Program-made: the position numbers and the translations under genes | Part shown: one piece after another, positions 13,906 to 26,460 of the stretch | Layout: each line of letters opens with the position of its first letter | Position numbering within the stretch: the first letter of the stretch is position 1 | The notes under the pieces: generated by a model | What the model was told of the DNA's origin: nothing | Database searches by the model: none | What the model saw: only the letters and a program-made list of their open reading frames with translations | NCBI RefSeq assembly: GCF_020745735.1 | Contig: NW_026867551.1 | Span: 369,983 to 433,982, forward strand | Source of the DNA: Hemiscyllium ocellatum | Taxonomy: Eukaryota | Direction: 5' to 3' | DNA: 64,000 nt

Positions 13906-14827
13906 TATTAAGGGCGCCTGGAAATGTTAATTTCTTTGTTGCTATTATTAGCCAGTGTTCTATCAATCGATCTTTAATATCCACCTTAACACATGACGCT
14001 TGACTGATACGTGCACACGAGGTATTTGTCGAACATTTTCTCTCTCATTTCTCAGGTATGAAGCCTCAAGAAAGTCAAGATAGAATCTTAAAGTTATTGC
14101 GCTTCTCCTGATGTTTTATGCAAGAAACAATCTTGGTTTGCACAAGTGCATTTATGTGATTGCATCTGTTTAAAAAAAACCTGTTCAATTATAACCCGGT
14201 ATAGTGTGATTACTGAATTTGTCCACCAGACTGCATCAGCAGCACCTCCACATATTCAGGAGATAACAAGAAAATGCTACATCAATGGAATTTTAATATC
14301 GACCTTAACACATGTTGCTTGACAGCTTCGTGCATACGAGTTGTAATCCGAATAGCTTCTCTCGTATTTCTCAGGCATGAGGTCCCAAGAATATCAAGAC
14401 AAAACCGTAAAATGTTGTTGTATTTCTGACGTTTTGTAAAAGAAACAATCTTGGTGTGCACATGTGCATTTACACAATTCAAAATAAACAAACCATCTTC
14501 CTATTTGCAACTGGTTTTCACAGAGACTATGAGTATACTTTCAATCTGAATCTCAACAGAAGTCAATCAACTCCGTTTCAAAAGTAAATCTCTTTGGTGA
14601 GGTTTTGAGATAAGTGACAGAGACTAAACACTGATAAACAATTTCTTCACAAGTGGATTCCACGAATATTTAAAACAATGTTGTGGTTTGATTTACCTGC
14701 CATTCGTGTGAATTAACAAGCTTTGGAATCGTGATGATACACATGTAAAGATTGCTGAGCAATAGAAGCAAGGTGCAGTCTGTGTGTTAGTGAAGTGTTA
14801 AAGTCACAACAAATTATTCAGCTGGAC

Positions 14828-17323
14828 TCACTGTATATTGTATTTTTTAATAACCTTGAAGCGGTATATGAGAGCATCTTTCAATTGACACCTGAACTTT
14901 GTCTGTGCCACTGCATAAATATATGTAATCGTGCATGGGCGTAAGAGTTGTAGCATATATGCGCTTTCCTACAGAATAAATTTTGGGTTATTGAGAATGG
15001 AACCAATCGACTAGCCGCTGCCTGAAATTTGTACATGGAGAAAATATAAAATGTACAATAGCCATAAACGGAGGAAACTGCCTGAAATGACAAATAATAA
15101 AACGATTGACTTTCTCGTGCTCTGCCTTTCAATGTCACATTTACTAATTTCATTGCTGTTGTTTCGGAGTCTCCTGTGGGCTCTAGTAGCAACTACAATG
15201 TGTCTGACAGTTACTGCATTAATCATTAAAATAAGGAGGAATGAGGGATATGCAGTTTGAATGCGGTTAAACATTTCAAACAATCTCCATGCAACCGATA
15301 TGTAATAGACATCCTGATGCTGCAGTACCAGCCTATTTTATCAATTATATATAAGAGCTCATGCATGAGACAAAATTGAATGTTTATCAAACTGCATAAA
15401 ACACACACTATTCCTATAACTACAGATGCTACTTTTCCTGTGCCGTATTTCGTTTTCAGCTTCTGGTAATAAATGGTTATAAATCGATCAAAGGTGAAAG
15501 CGACAGTCAACCAGGCAGAGCAGTTTCGGGAACAGGAAGTGAGAAGAATTATCAGACGACATCCTGTTGTGGTGTTCAGTAAACTTGCTGACAAATAAAT
15601 TGTCAGAAGCCAACGTAAAATCACTGCAACGACAGTAACCAGGAAATCCATTGTTGCCACTGATACAAGGTATCAAGTGATGCATCCTGAAAGACCACAT
15701 CTTCCTCGGGAAAATAACACTATCGTCACTAGATTGGCCATACAAAACAAAGTGCCATAGAAAATGAGTGATCGGTAGAGAGTCAAATAATCAGAGACAG
15801 CGTCACACAGACAGAGAAGAGCAAAAAAAAATACACTTAATTCAGCAAAAAGACAGCACAGAATTTGTACTATGTATGTTGGATTTAACCAACAAAATCA
15901 ATCTTTTATTCATGTAATTTTAGTGGTTCATTGACAAGAATGTGCATCACAAATAATAATTGAACCAGGATGCGAATTATTTCAGGATCAATATATTTAG
16001 AAACGTACACTTTCGTGTAAATGTAAGGAATGGAGATACATTTCAGACACAAATATTGTAGAGTAGCCATGCTAAAATGTTTACAGAAAGCACGTTGAGT
16101 CATATCTGATCATGGTAAACAATAACGGTAGCCTGAGACACATGAAAAACTCCTCTTCAGCTCAGAGGTCAACGTTCCTTTCTCCAATGTAAGGCCAGAA
16201 TTGGGGCATTCATTTTTGATTGCCCAAAGTTAAATGTCATCTTCAGCTCATCAGATTCTGAAACACAAAAAAATAGCTTTAGGGAAGGTAAGTGGCAAAT
16301 GTTCGTGCCACTCAAGTGCTACGGAATTGCCAGCTGAAACAAAAACAACGCAGTGCATGCTTGCATAGCACACTTGATGAATTCCAATTGTTGCACATCC
16401 TCTGCAAGGCAGAACGTGTGCAATGCAAAGCTTACAAGATGCAGTGAGTTTCAGAAACCATCTTGACTGCACCTCAGGGAAAAGTTGTATCTCACTTGCA
16501 TGTCGCTATATCAATGTCCATTCATTCCTCCAGCAGTAAAAGAGTATAGAGCTTGTCTGTATCATCTACAATACACACAGCAGGAATTCACAATGACCGC
16601 TGCAATAGAACCCTCTGAACCCTGACCATGACGTGAAAGATTAGCAAGAACGTCATATCACTTGGTAGAGCAGCATCTGCAAGGTCCTCTGCAAGCTTCT
16701 TATCATCCTCACTTGGAAACATATTACCTGTCCTTTAGTGCCGCCATTTTTGTACACTGTAACTCTGTCCATTATCGCATTTTGGTGTGCTTGCATAAAA
16801 TGAACAGCATTGATTGAAACTGACAAATTAACACATGAAGACAATCGAGGGCTGGGTAATGCATGCTGACCCCGGTAACTGTGCACACATTTCACAAGAA
16901 GTTTCAAAACGAAGTCTAGAAATGAAAAATGGTCATAAAGGAATCGAGTGAAATACATAAATAGATATGAGTGTGAATATGTCTGTACTAAATATCTGAG
17001 GGAACAAGATTCTTATTGTAAACAGACCATTCGAAAAGAGAATGAACACCATTGATTACCATTGCTCACTGCCTCGGAGAATCAGCTAACTTTATTTCTG
17101 AATGCATGAACAACAAAGCGATGTAAACCTATAACAGTGCTCCACTGATTTGGTTTCAAGTTTATCAAACAAGTATTAATATAATAAAACTTTTTTTTGC
17201 GAACACACGTTTAAATATCATTCTGTCAAATATATTGTATTCCCATAATTTATCTGGTTCTCCGAAAGCTGCAACGGCAGAGCGATAGAGTAAAGCTATC
17301 AGCAATTTTGCAGGAGCATGCAT
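14828..17323 (-). pseudogene. GPR139-like GPCR pseudogene (exon 1 17323-17254; exon 2 15737-14828)
   Basis: Exon 1 MHAPAKLLIALLYRSAVAAFGEP; exon 2 colinear with the intact paralog (ANLVTIVLFSRGRCGLS..FTFDRF..WYC..KSIVLLFVISGSF..IYAVAQTKFR). Lesions: donor GT>AT, acceptor AG>GG, TGA at 15673-15675, 1-nt frameshift near 15314, TAG at 15011-15013 and 14969-14971. Confidence 0.92.
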
Positions 17324-17382
17324 TTCAAATATGAATACTGAATTACTTACACTTGCTTCTGAAGTAAGGATTATGATGCACC

Positions 17383-17390
17383 TTTTTATA
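17383..17390 (-). promoter_or_regulatory. Putative TATA box (TATAAAAA) upstream of the pseudogene
   Basis: Paralogous to 36681-36688, about 60 nt upstream of the ATG. Confidence 0.45.
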
Positions 17391-17449
17391 TTTGATGTTC
17401 ACTACGAGAGACACAATTATTTCTGACCATCGTTTGGACTTCGTACAGT

Positions 17450-17705
17450 TCATACTGACGAAAGACACATTCATACAGTTATCAGGGATGTGTAGACTAC
17501 TTACTCAAGTAACTAGTCTGCATATCCCTGAACACTATTGGCAATTTAGTATTCTCAATTCACCCAAACCTCACATCATTGGGTTGTGAGAGCAAACTGG
17601 AAGACACAAACGAAGAAACGGGGAGAATGTGCAAAGTCAACACAGACAGTTGTCCAAGGCTAGAATCGGCAGAATGTCTAAATATTGAGCCACCATGCCA
17701 CCCCG
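17450..17705 (-). mobile_element. HE1-type SINE, degenerate
   Basis: Reverse complement reads gggtggcatggtggctcaa..ccttggacaactgtctgtgttgactttgcacattctcccc. Confidence 0.75.
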
Positions 17706-18239
17706 GAATATCCCATAAACACACACCTTGACAAACGGTAAATTGAGACACAGGTTCTTACAGACAACAGGAAAAATCTTCCGAAGACCTTTCAGACAGA
17801 ATGCCAGTCAGCAAACATGTGCTGATAATTGGAACGTTTCTGAACTGCAAAAGCTTCTGCTCTGCTCCCGCAGCCTTTGTGCTGCAAATTAAGCAAATTC
17901 GAATATACCCGATCTGGGAAAATTGGCCATTCCCCTGCCATTGTTAAAAAAGTCTCTTTTTGAGATATAACTGCGTCTCTGCTTTTACGATCTCTCTTAA
18001 AACAGAAACGTAACGTCAACAAACTTTTCAAACGTGAATCCAAAAACGAATCATCAATATACAAAAATGGCTTCATTTTTAAAGCTATCGGTCTTACTCT
18101 GCTTGTACACGACAAATGTGTAATTAATTTAACGATAACCACGCAAACATTTACTAATATATTCTATTTCAGACAGTTTACTCCGGCCACTAAACACGTC
18201 TGCGTTTTGTTTTTCACACAACGTTCTACAAAGTGTCAG

Positions 18240-20700
18240 CAATAACGTTTTGACGTTTTCAAGATGCACAATGTATAAACTGAATGGCTGCTTCAATATG
18301 CTCCACCTATACAGTCTGGGGTTTTGCCCTTAAATTTCTCCAAAAACTTTATCAGATTATAATCAGTATATGTGACTGTCTCAGACACGTTACCATCACC
18401 AATAACATTGGAATATTGCAAGGCCAAAACGAAGCTCAAAGGCTCCTTGTCAAGTTTCGAATATTTCTGCAGATGAATGTTCAGTTTCATTGAGAAATAT
18501 CAGGTAGGCCTTTCGATCTTCCCGCCTTCTTCATGTAAGAGTACTGCACTGACAACCACATGGCTCGTAGCGATAGCCAACTTGAATGCCTTCGCATAAT
18601 TACTTTTGGCTCACAGCGGGGCAGTAAATAATAGAGCTTTCAGACTATCAAATGCTTTCTGACAGGTTGCTGTCCACTGAATCATCCTACATTTATTTGG
18701 CAATTCAATGAGGGCAGCAGCCGCACTGCTGAAGTTCAGTATCAATTTCTGGCAAACCCACACAATCCTAGGAATAAAATAACTATTGTCTTCGTTACTG
18801 GCATTGCAACTTCCCCAATTACTTTTGCCAAATCATCATTTCGTAACACGACGCAGGAATGTGTCTTGGGCATTGGCAAAATCACTCCTTGCGTGGTTTA
18901 CTGCAAAGCCTGACTCCCAAATTCAAACGAAAACCTCTAAAAAAATGCTGCAAAGGTTCTTTCAGTTTGTGACTGAAATCTTTCACTTTGTGACTGAAAT
19001 CTGTCAGTTTCTCGATATATACCACCCAATTGGTTACTCCAAAAATACTTCATTGGTTAGTCTTTGAAATGTGCCTTGTACACTCTTCATACCAAATTGG
19101 TGCAGTGCATTCTGTATTAGGAAAGTCGCAACTTTCTTCACTCTTTCAGATAAGCTAACAACCAGCATCCTCTCACAAATGTAAGTTGCATGTCCCATAT
19201 TTTAGTTATAGTATTACTAATTTGGAATCGGATATGAATTAGCCTTTCTAACTGCATAGAGTACACACATGACGAGTAGGGACCGTCTGGTTTTGGCACC
19301 ACTGCCATAAGTAAACTCTAATCAATTCAGCTCCCTTCGATTATGTTATCTTGGAGCGTGCATTCATTTTTTTTTCTGAACTGGTGCCAACTTCAATGGG
19401 TAATGTCCATAAAAAAGTAACTTAATTGGAACAGTATTACCTCTATCATGCATAATTAGATTAGCACTTCCCAGCATATGCCCACATTTTTCCACATACG
19501 ATCGCAATAAATGTTGCATGCCATTTCGATTTTCCTCTTGAAAGTAACTCAATGATGTATCCTAATTGTTGCCAGATTCCTCATTGTTTAATTAAGTTTG
19601 AAGTTTGCCTAATTCCGAATTCTCTGAACTTGATTCATAACTGCATCTTTCAACCAGTGACATATTCTCATTTTGCTTTCCTTCCCGGTCAAGATAACTT
19701 TTGAGCGCATTCACATGAAACACTCTGAGATTACTTTCTACCTGGAGTGCTTAACAAACCGTTCACTCCACTCAATTTCCTTTCGATTTAATAAGGTTCA
19801 CTAAACTTTCCTATTAAATGTTCACTTGTCACTGGAAACAACAGTAGAACTTTATCTCCACAAGCAAAAATGCGAGATTTTCATTTCTTTTCTGCTTCCT
19901 GTTCTTGTTTTGTCCCATCCATTCGATCAAATATGGCCTGTGATAATTCTATTGCAACTTCCTGTATGTATTACTTGTAGCTTTTTGTGTTTCAAATGGT
20001 GACTTTACGAATTTGTTATCAGGAAAAATCCCCAAACTCTCTATCTTATAATACCCTAATCACCTGCTTGTCTACCACAGTCGGTAGCACTCCTACCTGT
20101 GATCCTGGTTTATCGTTAGCAAGGATAATTTATATTCCTCGAGCCTAGAGTACTTTCAGTACTCCGACAATGACTACTCGAATCTTCACTGAAAACTCTA
20201 ATCATACTGTGCATAATTGACCACTTGCTGTCTCATTCTTAATTCCACGTACCAGCACTATTTCGGACAATCGTTCTTCTGATTTGCATATCTCCTCACG
20301 TGTCAACATCAAACATGAACATGATCCAGTAACTCTTAAACTGTAACCTATTTACCTGCCACTCGTGGCCTAAGTGAGTAAACCTTACCTTCGCAAGTAA
20401 ATCATTTAAAAAGATCTGGCACTTGTTGCTCCAAAGCAGTATGACATTCTAGTGCAGTTTACAGCCTCCACTGTGATTTCCTTTACCACTTCCACAAAAT
20501 TCACTGGTTTTCCCTGAATACCTACATCACTTTTCCGAGTGCGTTTTCGCACCCACCATAACTGTGATTCGACATGTCCTACTTTATGCATTGAAAACAC
20601 TGAGCATTTTTTAAAAATTCTCTTTCCCCTTCATGAGATTCATTGTTACCTTCGGTTGAGTTTATAGAGGTTCATGGTGAATAGTTTTCTGGACCTGAAC
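18240..20700 (-). mobile_element. Decayed Ty3/gypsy LTR retrotransposon internal region with Gmr1-like domain order
   Basis: On the - strand: zinc-knuckle relic (HKVGHVESQLWW, ~20600), integrase C-terminal GPY/F relic (GDKVLLLFP..FSEPY*IERKLS..HVNALKSY, 19900-19690), RT start (LIMHD..PIK..PLKLAPVQ, 19550-19364), connection/RNase H (WTATCQKAFDSLK; YFSMKLNIHLQKYSKLDKEPLSFVLAL..YTDYN, 18750-18300). Confidence 0.85.
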
Positions 20701-20799
20701 AAACCACCTAAATATATACTAAAACAATAGCCCTTAACTGCACATTGTTTATTTCTTAAGTTAAAGCATGATGCAAAACGTTTTGTTGTGGGTTAAATT

Positions 20800-21340
20800 C
20801 GCTTCGTCAATCTACGAACATTGAAATAAAACACTTTATTCACGCACTGTAAGTAAAATGCAGAAAATGTAAAAATAAAAATAAAGTTGGCTTAACTGTA
20901 ACTCGACGAAATGCTTTACAAAATAACACATCAGCGACTCTTAATTAACAATTCCGATATAGTAACATTCCATAAACATACCTTGGCAAAGGCAGATTCA
21001 GCAAAGCCAATTGTATCTCATGCCATTTTTAGTAGCAGGAAGAGAATTCAAGCTTTTAGTTGCAAGAGGAAGAGGAATGTGAACTTCCTTATCCATATTA
21101 AATAAACCAGAAAATGCTACTGATATTTATAACTTTAAAAAAAATACTTCCATACTCCGTGGGAACTTGACCCCAAATATTCAGGCTGCTTCTTTGGTGC
21201 AAATATGTTTTCTTTTTAATATGTTACAAACTGTTTAATTTTTTGAGGGCAGAGAAAGATACTCATCTCGTCTGTCTCAATGTTTCTTCATTGTAATAAA
21301 AAGAACAAAAAGCATCACTTAAAGCCATACTACCGTCACA
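20800..21340 (-). mobile_element. Possible LTR of the gypsy remnant (related segment at about 17710-18113)
   Basis: Similar motifs on both sides of the internal region: tccataaacatacccttggcaaaggcagattcag-like at ~20969 and cccataaacacacaccttgacaaacggtaaattgag at ~17712. Both segments begin TG on the - strand. Similarity is weak. Confidence 0.35.
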
Positions 21341-23011
21341 ATAATTAAAGTGCTTTCCCAAGCTTGAGAGAGGCCAAAACCTGAGGACACAATATCAAGG
21401 TGAAACTGGAAAGATTTATAAGCGACCTGGGGGATAACATTTCTCTGAGAAGTTTTACTTGTTTGGTTTGAGATGCCTGAGCAAGCTGTAGAAGGGAGCA
21501 CAACGACAATACTTAAAATGGATTATAAAACGTAGGTGAATAGGAACGATTTTGAGTGTTATGGACCAGAAACAGACGAATGAGCATGGTTCAGCATATC
21601 TGCCCGACACGGAGGAGTTGCACCAAAGGATGAGAGTTACCTGCTGAATGGCGTTAACTGCTTTAACATCATGTCTCTAAAAATGCTGGAATATTATGTA
21701 ATAAATCCAAGAATAAGGAACAAATATTCAATTAAACTGACTGAACTGAAATTTCTGTGGAGACTTTCAATTACTTGTTTTTAAGTCAAAAATGAATGCA
21801 ATGACATATTTAAATACCTGCTCCCACGGTAAAACAACAACCTAATAATCTGTTTATTAAATGCGACAGAGATCTATTCATCTGTTAAGATAAGGCATAC
21901 ACCTCGATAAAAAATATATATTTATGTCATTTTCTAAATCCCTGTCAAACGATTTCTTTTTAAACAAAATACAAACATGCTCACAGAAATAACCAGAATG
22001 AATCTGGCATTTATTGCAAAACTGTAGGCAGCATGATGCCTAATGACGGTTAGAATCTGCCTCTTGTAGAATCAATATTAAATTCACATTAAGCACCCCT
22101 GAAAAATTGCAATGGACAGACAGCTGACAACAGTTTAAAATGGAAAATTTACGATACATGTAATTTGGTAATGCAGTAAAAAAAGGCTCTTCAAAATATC
22201 TGCAGACTGGAGTAATCTCATCTGCACCAATCATGATGAAGACAAGTTCTTTCAATTTATACGAGATATTTTTGAAGAAGTTAATATGAAAATATAAATC
22301 GACAATGTAACATAATGGTCCTTTTCCCGACTTGTTCACGTGCCTCCCAGGTTTTCCTGGCACATTCTTCTTGATATTACCGTCTGTCTTACTTCTAAAT
22401 GGTGTATTCAACAAATTGTCTTATAATAGCATCATTCATCTGATCTCCGCCATGGCTCACAACCTATTCAGTAGTGTCAAGAAGACCTCATCAATGAGAA
22501 ATGTTGTGTAGGCAAAGAAAAATTGGGCATAAAACATCATTTTAATTTCCATTGCCTGGTATGAGGACAGGATGCGTTCCCTTTGTTGGTTTCCCTCTCT
22601 TAAATCTATAATAGTATCAACATTGTCATTTCTAAATCTTGCATTGAATTTACTCGAAATCGTTCGTCGTTGTGGGAAGAAGGAAAGCGATTCTTGACAA
22701 TTGTGCTAATAACAGTGTTTCCTTGCTGTCTTTTTGAATGCCATCTGAAAATGTTACGTGAATTACATATTCTATTTCGGTTCTATTCAGGTCAAACATT
22801 ATGTACTGAACAATAATCATATTTAACCTTGATACTAAGCAAAATCTGTTATACAGTGATATGAATGTTTTATCATGACACATCGTGTATGACTGTGATC
22901 ACTTTATTTTTTAAGACTGGGTGCATAAATCCGAATTAGGCTGTGGAATTTAGGAATACCTAGCAAAATTGATTGTGATGAATCAAGAAAATAGGCTAAC
23001 TGATTTGACTG

Positions 23012-23560
23012 CCATGACGTGGAGGAGTCGGTGTTGGACTGGATGGACAAAGTTAAAAATCACACAACGCCCTGTCAAAGTCCAACAAGTTTATTTGGGA
23101 AAACTAGCTTTCAGATAGCTGCTTCTTCATCACGTAGCTATGAATCAGGACGATAAGACAGCAATCTTACAGCAAAAGATTGCAGTGTCATGCAGTTGAC
23201 ATAATGTATGGAACAAACCTAGATTTCTGTTACGTGTTTCGTCTTTTCGAATGGATTGCATATTCCGGTTCAGTAATATGTAAATCCCAGAACTTCTTTT
23301 AATTCACTTTTTGAGATAACTTGAGGTTTTATAAAAAGAAATGGTGACATCTCCGCTGAGAAAATGCTTTAAAGGTATGACATTGAGTCTGCCTGTATGG
23401 CAAACTTTAGTCGAAAAGATAATATTTCCAAATTTGAAATAATAAAATATTGCATTCATAATTTTGACGGTGTACAGAAATGTTTGGGATTTAAAAACAT
23501 TTCAACACAGTCTGCATTAGACTTGCATACCTTGAAGAAAATAAAACTCAATCGAAAATG
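23012..23560 (-). mobile_element. Penelope-type terminal repeat fragment with degenerate hammerhead core
   Basis: Minus strand reads gtgatgaagaagcagctatctgaaagctag (core with C3>G; palindromic AGCT helix III). Same family as 13730-13905. No counterpart in unit B at this position. Confidence 0.6.
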
Positions 23561-23802
23561 TGCATCAATAACGTCCATTAAATTATTTTTAAGATTGTAT
23601 TATGCAAAAGGAAGTGATTTCCAAGAATGGCAGAAAGTATTTGTTAGGGTTGAGAGCAATTTCAAGGGAATGAAATTGTGACCAAATATCAGATGAAGGA
23701 AAAGAAAATATGAAAACAAATTAGTGAGACCTGTCAAGACAGACTGTCAGATATTTTACAAGGATAAGTTAAAAGGGTAAATGTAATTAATCCAGATATG
23801 TT

Positions 23803-24112
23803 GGGGCGGCACGGTGTCTCAGCGGTCAGCATTGCTGCCTCACAACATTAGGGGCATGACTTCGTTTCTAAACTTGGGTGACTGTCTTTGCGGAGTGCGC
23901 ACAATCTCCATGCATCTGTGTGGGTTTCCTCCAGGTTCTCTGCAAAAGCTTGCAGGTTAGTTGGATTATCAATTGTCCAAGGATGTTCAGGCTAGTTGCC
24001 TTTGACTTGGGAATTGCAGGGTTGGTGTTGGTCTGGGTCGAACATATTTTGAAATCAATGGCAGAGATTCAATGGGCTGAATTGTCTGCTTCCATAATGG
24101 GGGTATTATATG
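23803..24112 (+). mobile_element. HE1-type SINE
   Basis: ggggcggcacggtgtctcagcggtcagcattgctgcctcac..ttgggtgactgtctttgcggag. Confidence 0.85.
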
Positions 24113-24981
24113 ACATCAGACTCCAGCAGCACCATCCAGTTAACAAAAAGTAATATCGTGTCGATTTACAGACCAATCTAAGCAAGTACTTTGCCTGGCA
24201 TTAATTACTCAATCTGAATTTTTAAAAAAGCATGCAAGTAATCTTTATAAAATATATAATGATGACAAGTAATGAATAATACATATAAATTACCAAATGG
24301 CGCAGTAAGTCTTTTAAAAGAGGAAATCTCACCAGGTTTTCAACTCTGGAACAAAAGTGACTCCAATTCCAAACGATACATTTCTCTATTAAACACCTTT
24401 CAATTTACCCGACCAACATTTCACTTACACTAAAGCTGCAAACCGAATGACGACTTGCATCAAAATGGATTTAGAAAACAGGTTCACATGGTTTGAATAG
24501 CGCATTTTCATACGTGCATGAGTAATTAAACGTGTCTTTGTGTGCAACACTCACACTAAAAGAATACTTCAAAACCCTACAGAATTTGGGAGACTCAAGA
24601 ATTATGAAACAAATGAAAATGTAGAATTGAGATGCAACATGGATTGGCCATGCTACATTTCACGTCGTGTTAGGTGCATTAGTCAGAGGGAAATCGATCT
24701 GCGTGGTGAGTCTTCGGAGGGTCGGTGTGAACTTGTTGGACCGAAGGGCCTGTTTCCGCATTGTAGGGAATCTAATCTAAAAAAATACTGCTGATGGTGG
24801 AAATCAGAAAGATGATAGAAATTGATCTGAAGACTGAGGAGGTCTGGGAGCACCTGTTGAGAGAAATCAGCGTTAACATCTTGGATCCAGTGATGCTTGC
24901 AAATAGCTGATGGAAGTGTTGCTAACTCGGAAGAACGTACGGTCACTTTCAGAGAGAGGCGCTTTTCCTGAGATGAGAGAT

Positions 24982-25691
24982 TGTAACGGCACATATGTCT
25001 ATGATTAGACGACATCTGTGGAGTGTGCTGAGAATTGATAATACGTAAGAAATGCTTGGAGTTATGTTTTGATGAATAGGCAGCAGGTTTGAATTTAACC
25101 AATTATTTTAAAGTATACCTAGGAAACAAAAAAAACCGATTGCATTGACAAGAATGAACCAATCAGTCAGAGACAAATTAGTCAGAGACAACTTCCCATC
25201 GAATCGGAAAGCAGTTGTCATCCGAAAGTTGATCTCAAAGGAAATCTCCCAGAAGGCACCCTCTTTTTTTTAGAGGTAACAAGATACGTTATACAAAGAC
25301 AAATGCTGTAAAGATTAAGAAGTCCCAAGGAGAATACAGATCAATTGGTACCTCGGGAGGAAACAGCAGATTCGGACCACTGGAACAAAGACTGCTTAGA
25401 GACTGGATGAACTTTGAGACTCCAATTTAATGTTTAATAGCTGTCTAATTGGAGCAGCATTTTAATGCGTTTGGAGTCAGATAATGATAAGTTGATAAAA
25501 AGGTAGCTCGGATTTCTCAATAGCTTTAGTTTAGCGTTTAATGTAGATAGGAAATTAAATAGTTAAATTCCCATAAACAGTGGGAATCAAGGGTTTTCTT
25601 TCACTCACTCACATTTAGCAGTGTCCGGGGCAAAGTGAGCTTTTCACGGTGTTTTCAATTAGCGGTGGGACTCAAATTTCAGAACGTTACA
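24982..25691. mobile_element. Putative solo LTR (710 bp)
   Basis: Termini TGTAACG...CGTTACA (TG..CA with a 7-bp inverted repeat); no counterpart seen in unit B; no clear target-site duplication. Confidence 0.4.
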
Positions 25692-25949
25692 ATAACTAGG
25701 AAAATAGTTTTCTGTAGAAGACAGGGTAAGGGAACAGGGTTCGATATAAATAATATGTGGTGAGATAGAGATAGTGAGTCTGAAAACTGAGGAGCAGAAA
25801 AAAAAGTGGATAACGATCAACCCCTAAGTAAATGGGTAACAGCGAATTGGGAATCTTACTGGATAACAATGCTATGTGCATATTTGTAGACTCTGTGATA
25901 ACAAGGGCCTGGTATGTCGGACAGGAGGAAAACGTGGAGAAGTCGTTCA

Positions 25950-26460
25950 ACCACTAGAAGTGTTGAATTCGTTGTTGGTTTCAGAAGGATGTAATGTTCC
26001 CAAACGGAAAATCAGGTTCTGATATTCCAGCTTACGTTGAACTTCGCTGAAGCTCTGCGGAGACGTTGCTCAGGGAACAATGTGCTGTGTTGAATGGCTG
26101 GACAACGGGAACCTCGGGTGTTTGCTTTGTGCGCAGAATGTTTGTTTTTTCGGAAAGAGCTGCACATTCTATGCTTTGTTTCTGCAATGTAGAGAATCCT
26201 ACATTGTGAGTACCGAATACAGAAGACTATACCGGGTGAAATGCAGATAAAGCAGAGCTTCACCTGGAAAATGTGCGTACTACCATAGATTCTGAGAAGG
26301 GAGGAAGTCATAGGCAGGTGCAATGACGCTGTTGCGGTTGCATTGGGAATGGATGACAGTATACTGGCCGGAGTGGTTCTTGTGGAAGGCTGACAAGAGA
26401 GAAGGAAACTGTTTCTGGTGGTTGCATCCATCTGGAGGTAGCAGAAATAATGGCCTATGA
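25950..26460 (-). mobile_element. Penelope-like element fragment (GIY-YIG endonuclease)
   Basis: FQVKLCFICISPGIVFCIRYSQCRILYIAETKHR matches the PLE pattern VYCIxCxxCxxxYIGET; downstream QNLIFRLGTLHP..NNEFN resembles the PLE C-terminus. Confidence 0.85.

Larger units (their letters stand above)
6300..17480. repeat. Segmental duplication unit B (contains the pseudogene)
   Basis: Matches unit C colinearly: 6720-6930 ~ 22110-22320; 7535 ~ 22912; 9745 ~ 26810; 13100-13200 ~ 29838-29930; intron 16245 cagctcatcagattctgaaaca = 35573; upstream 17390-17470 ~ 36685-36770. Confidence 0.8.

Noticed and set aside
18961-19010. 21-bp tandem duplication (ttca.tttgtgactgaaatct)
   Set aside because: Ordinary slippage inside the decayed gypsy element.
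22040-22414. 124-aa ORF in duplicated non-TE sequence
   Set aside because: No recognisable motif, and the ORF track shows no matching ORF in the paralogous segment at ~6650-7000.
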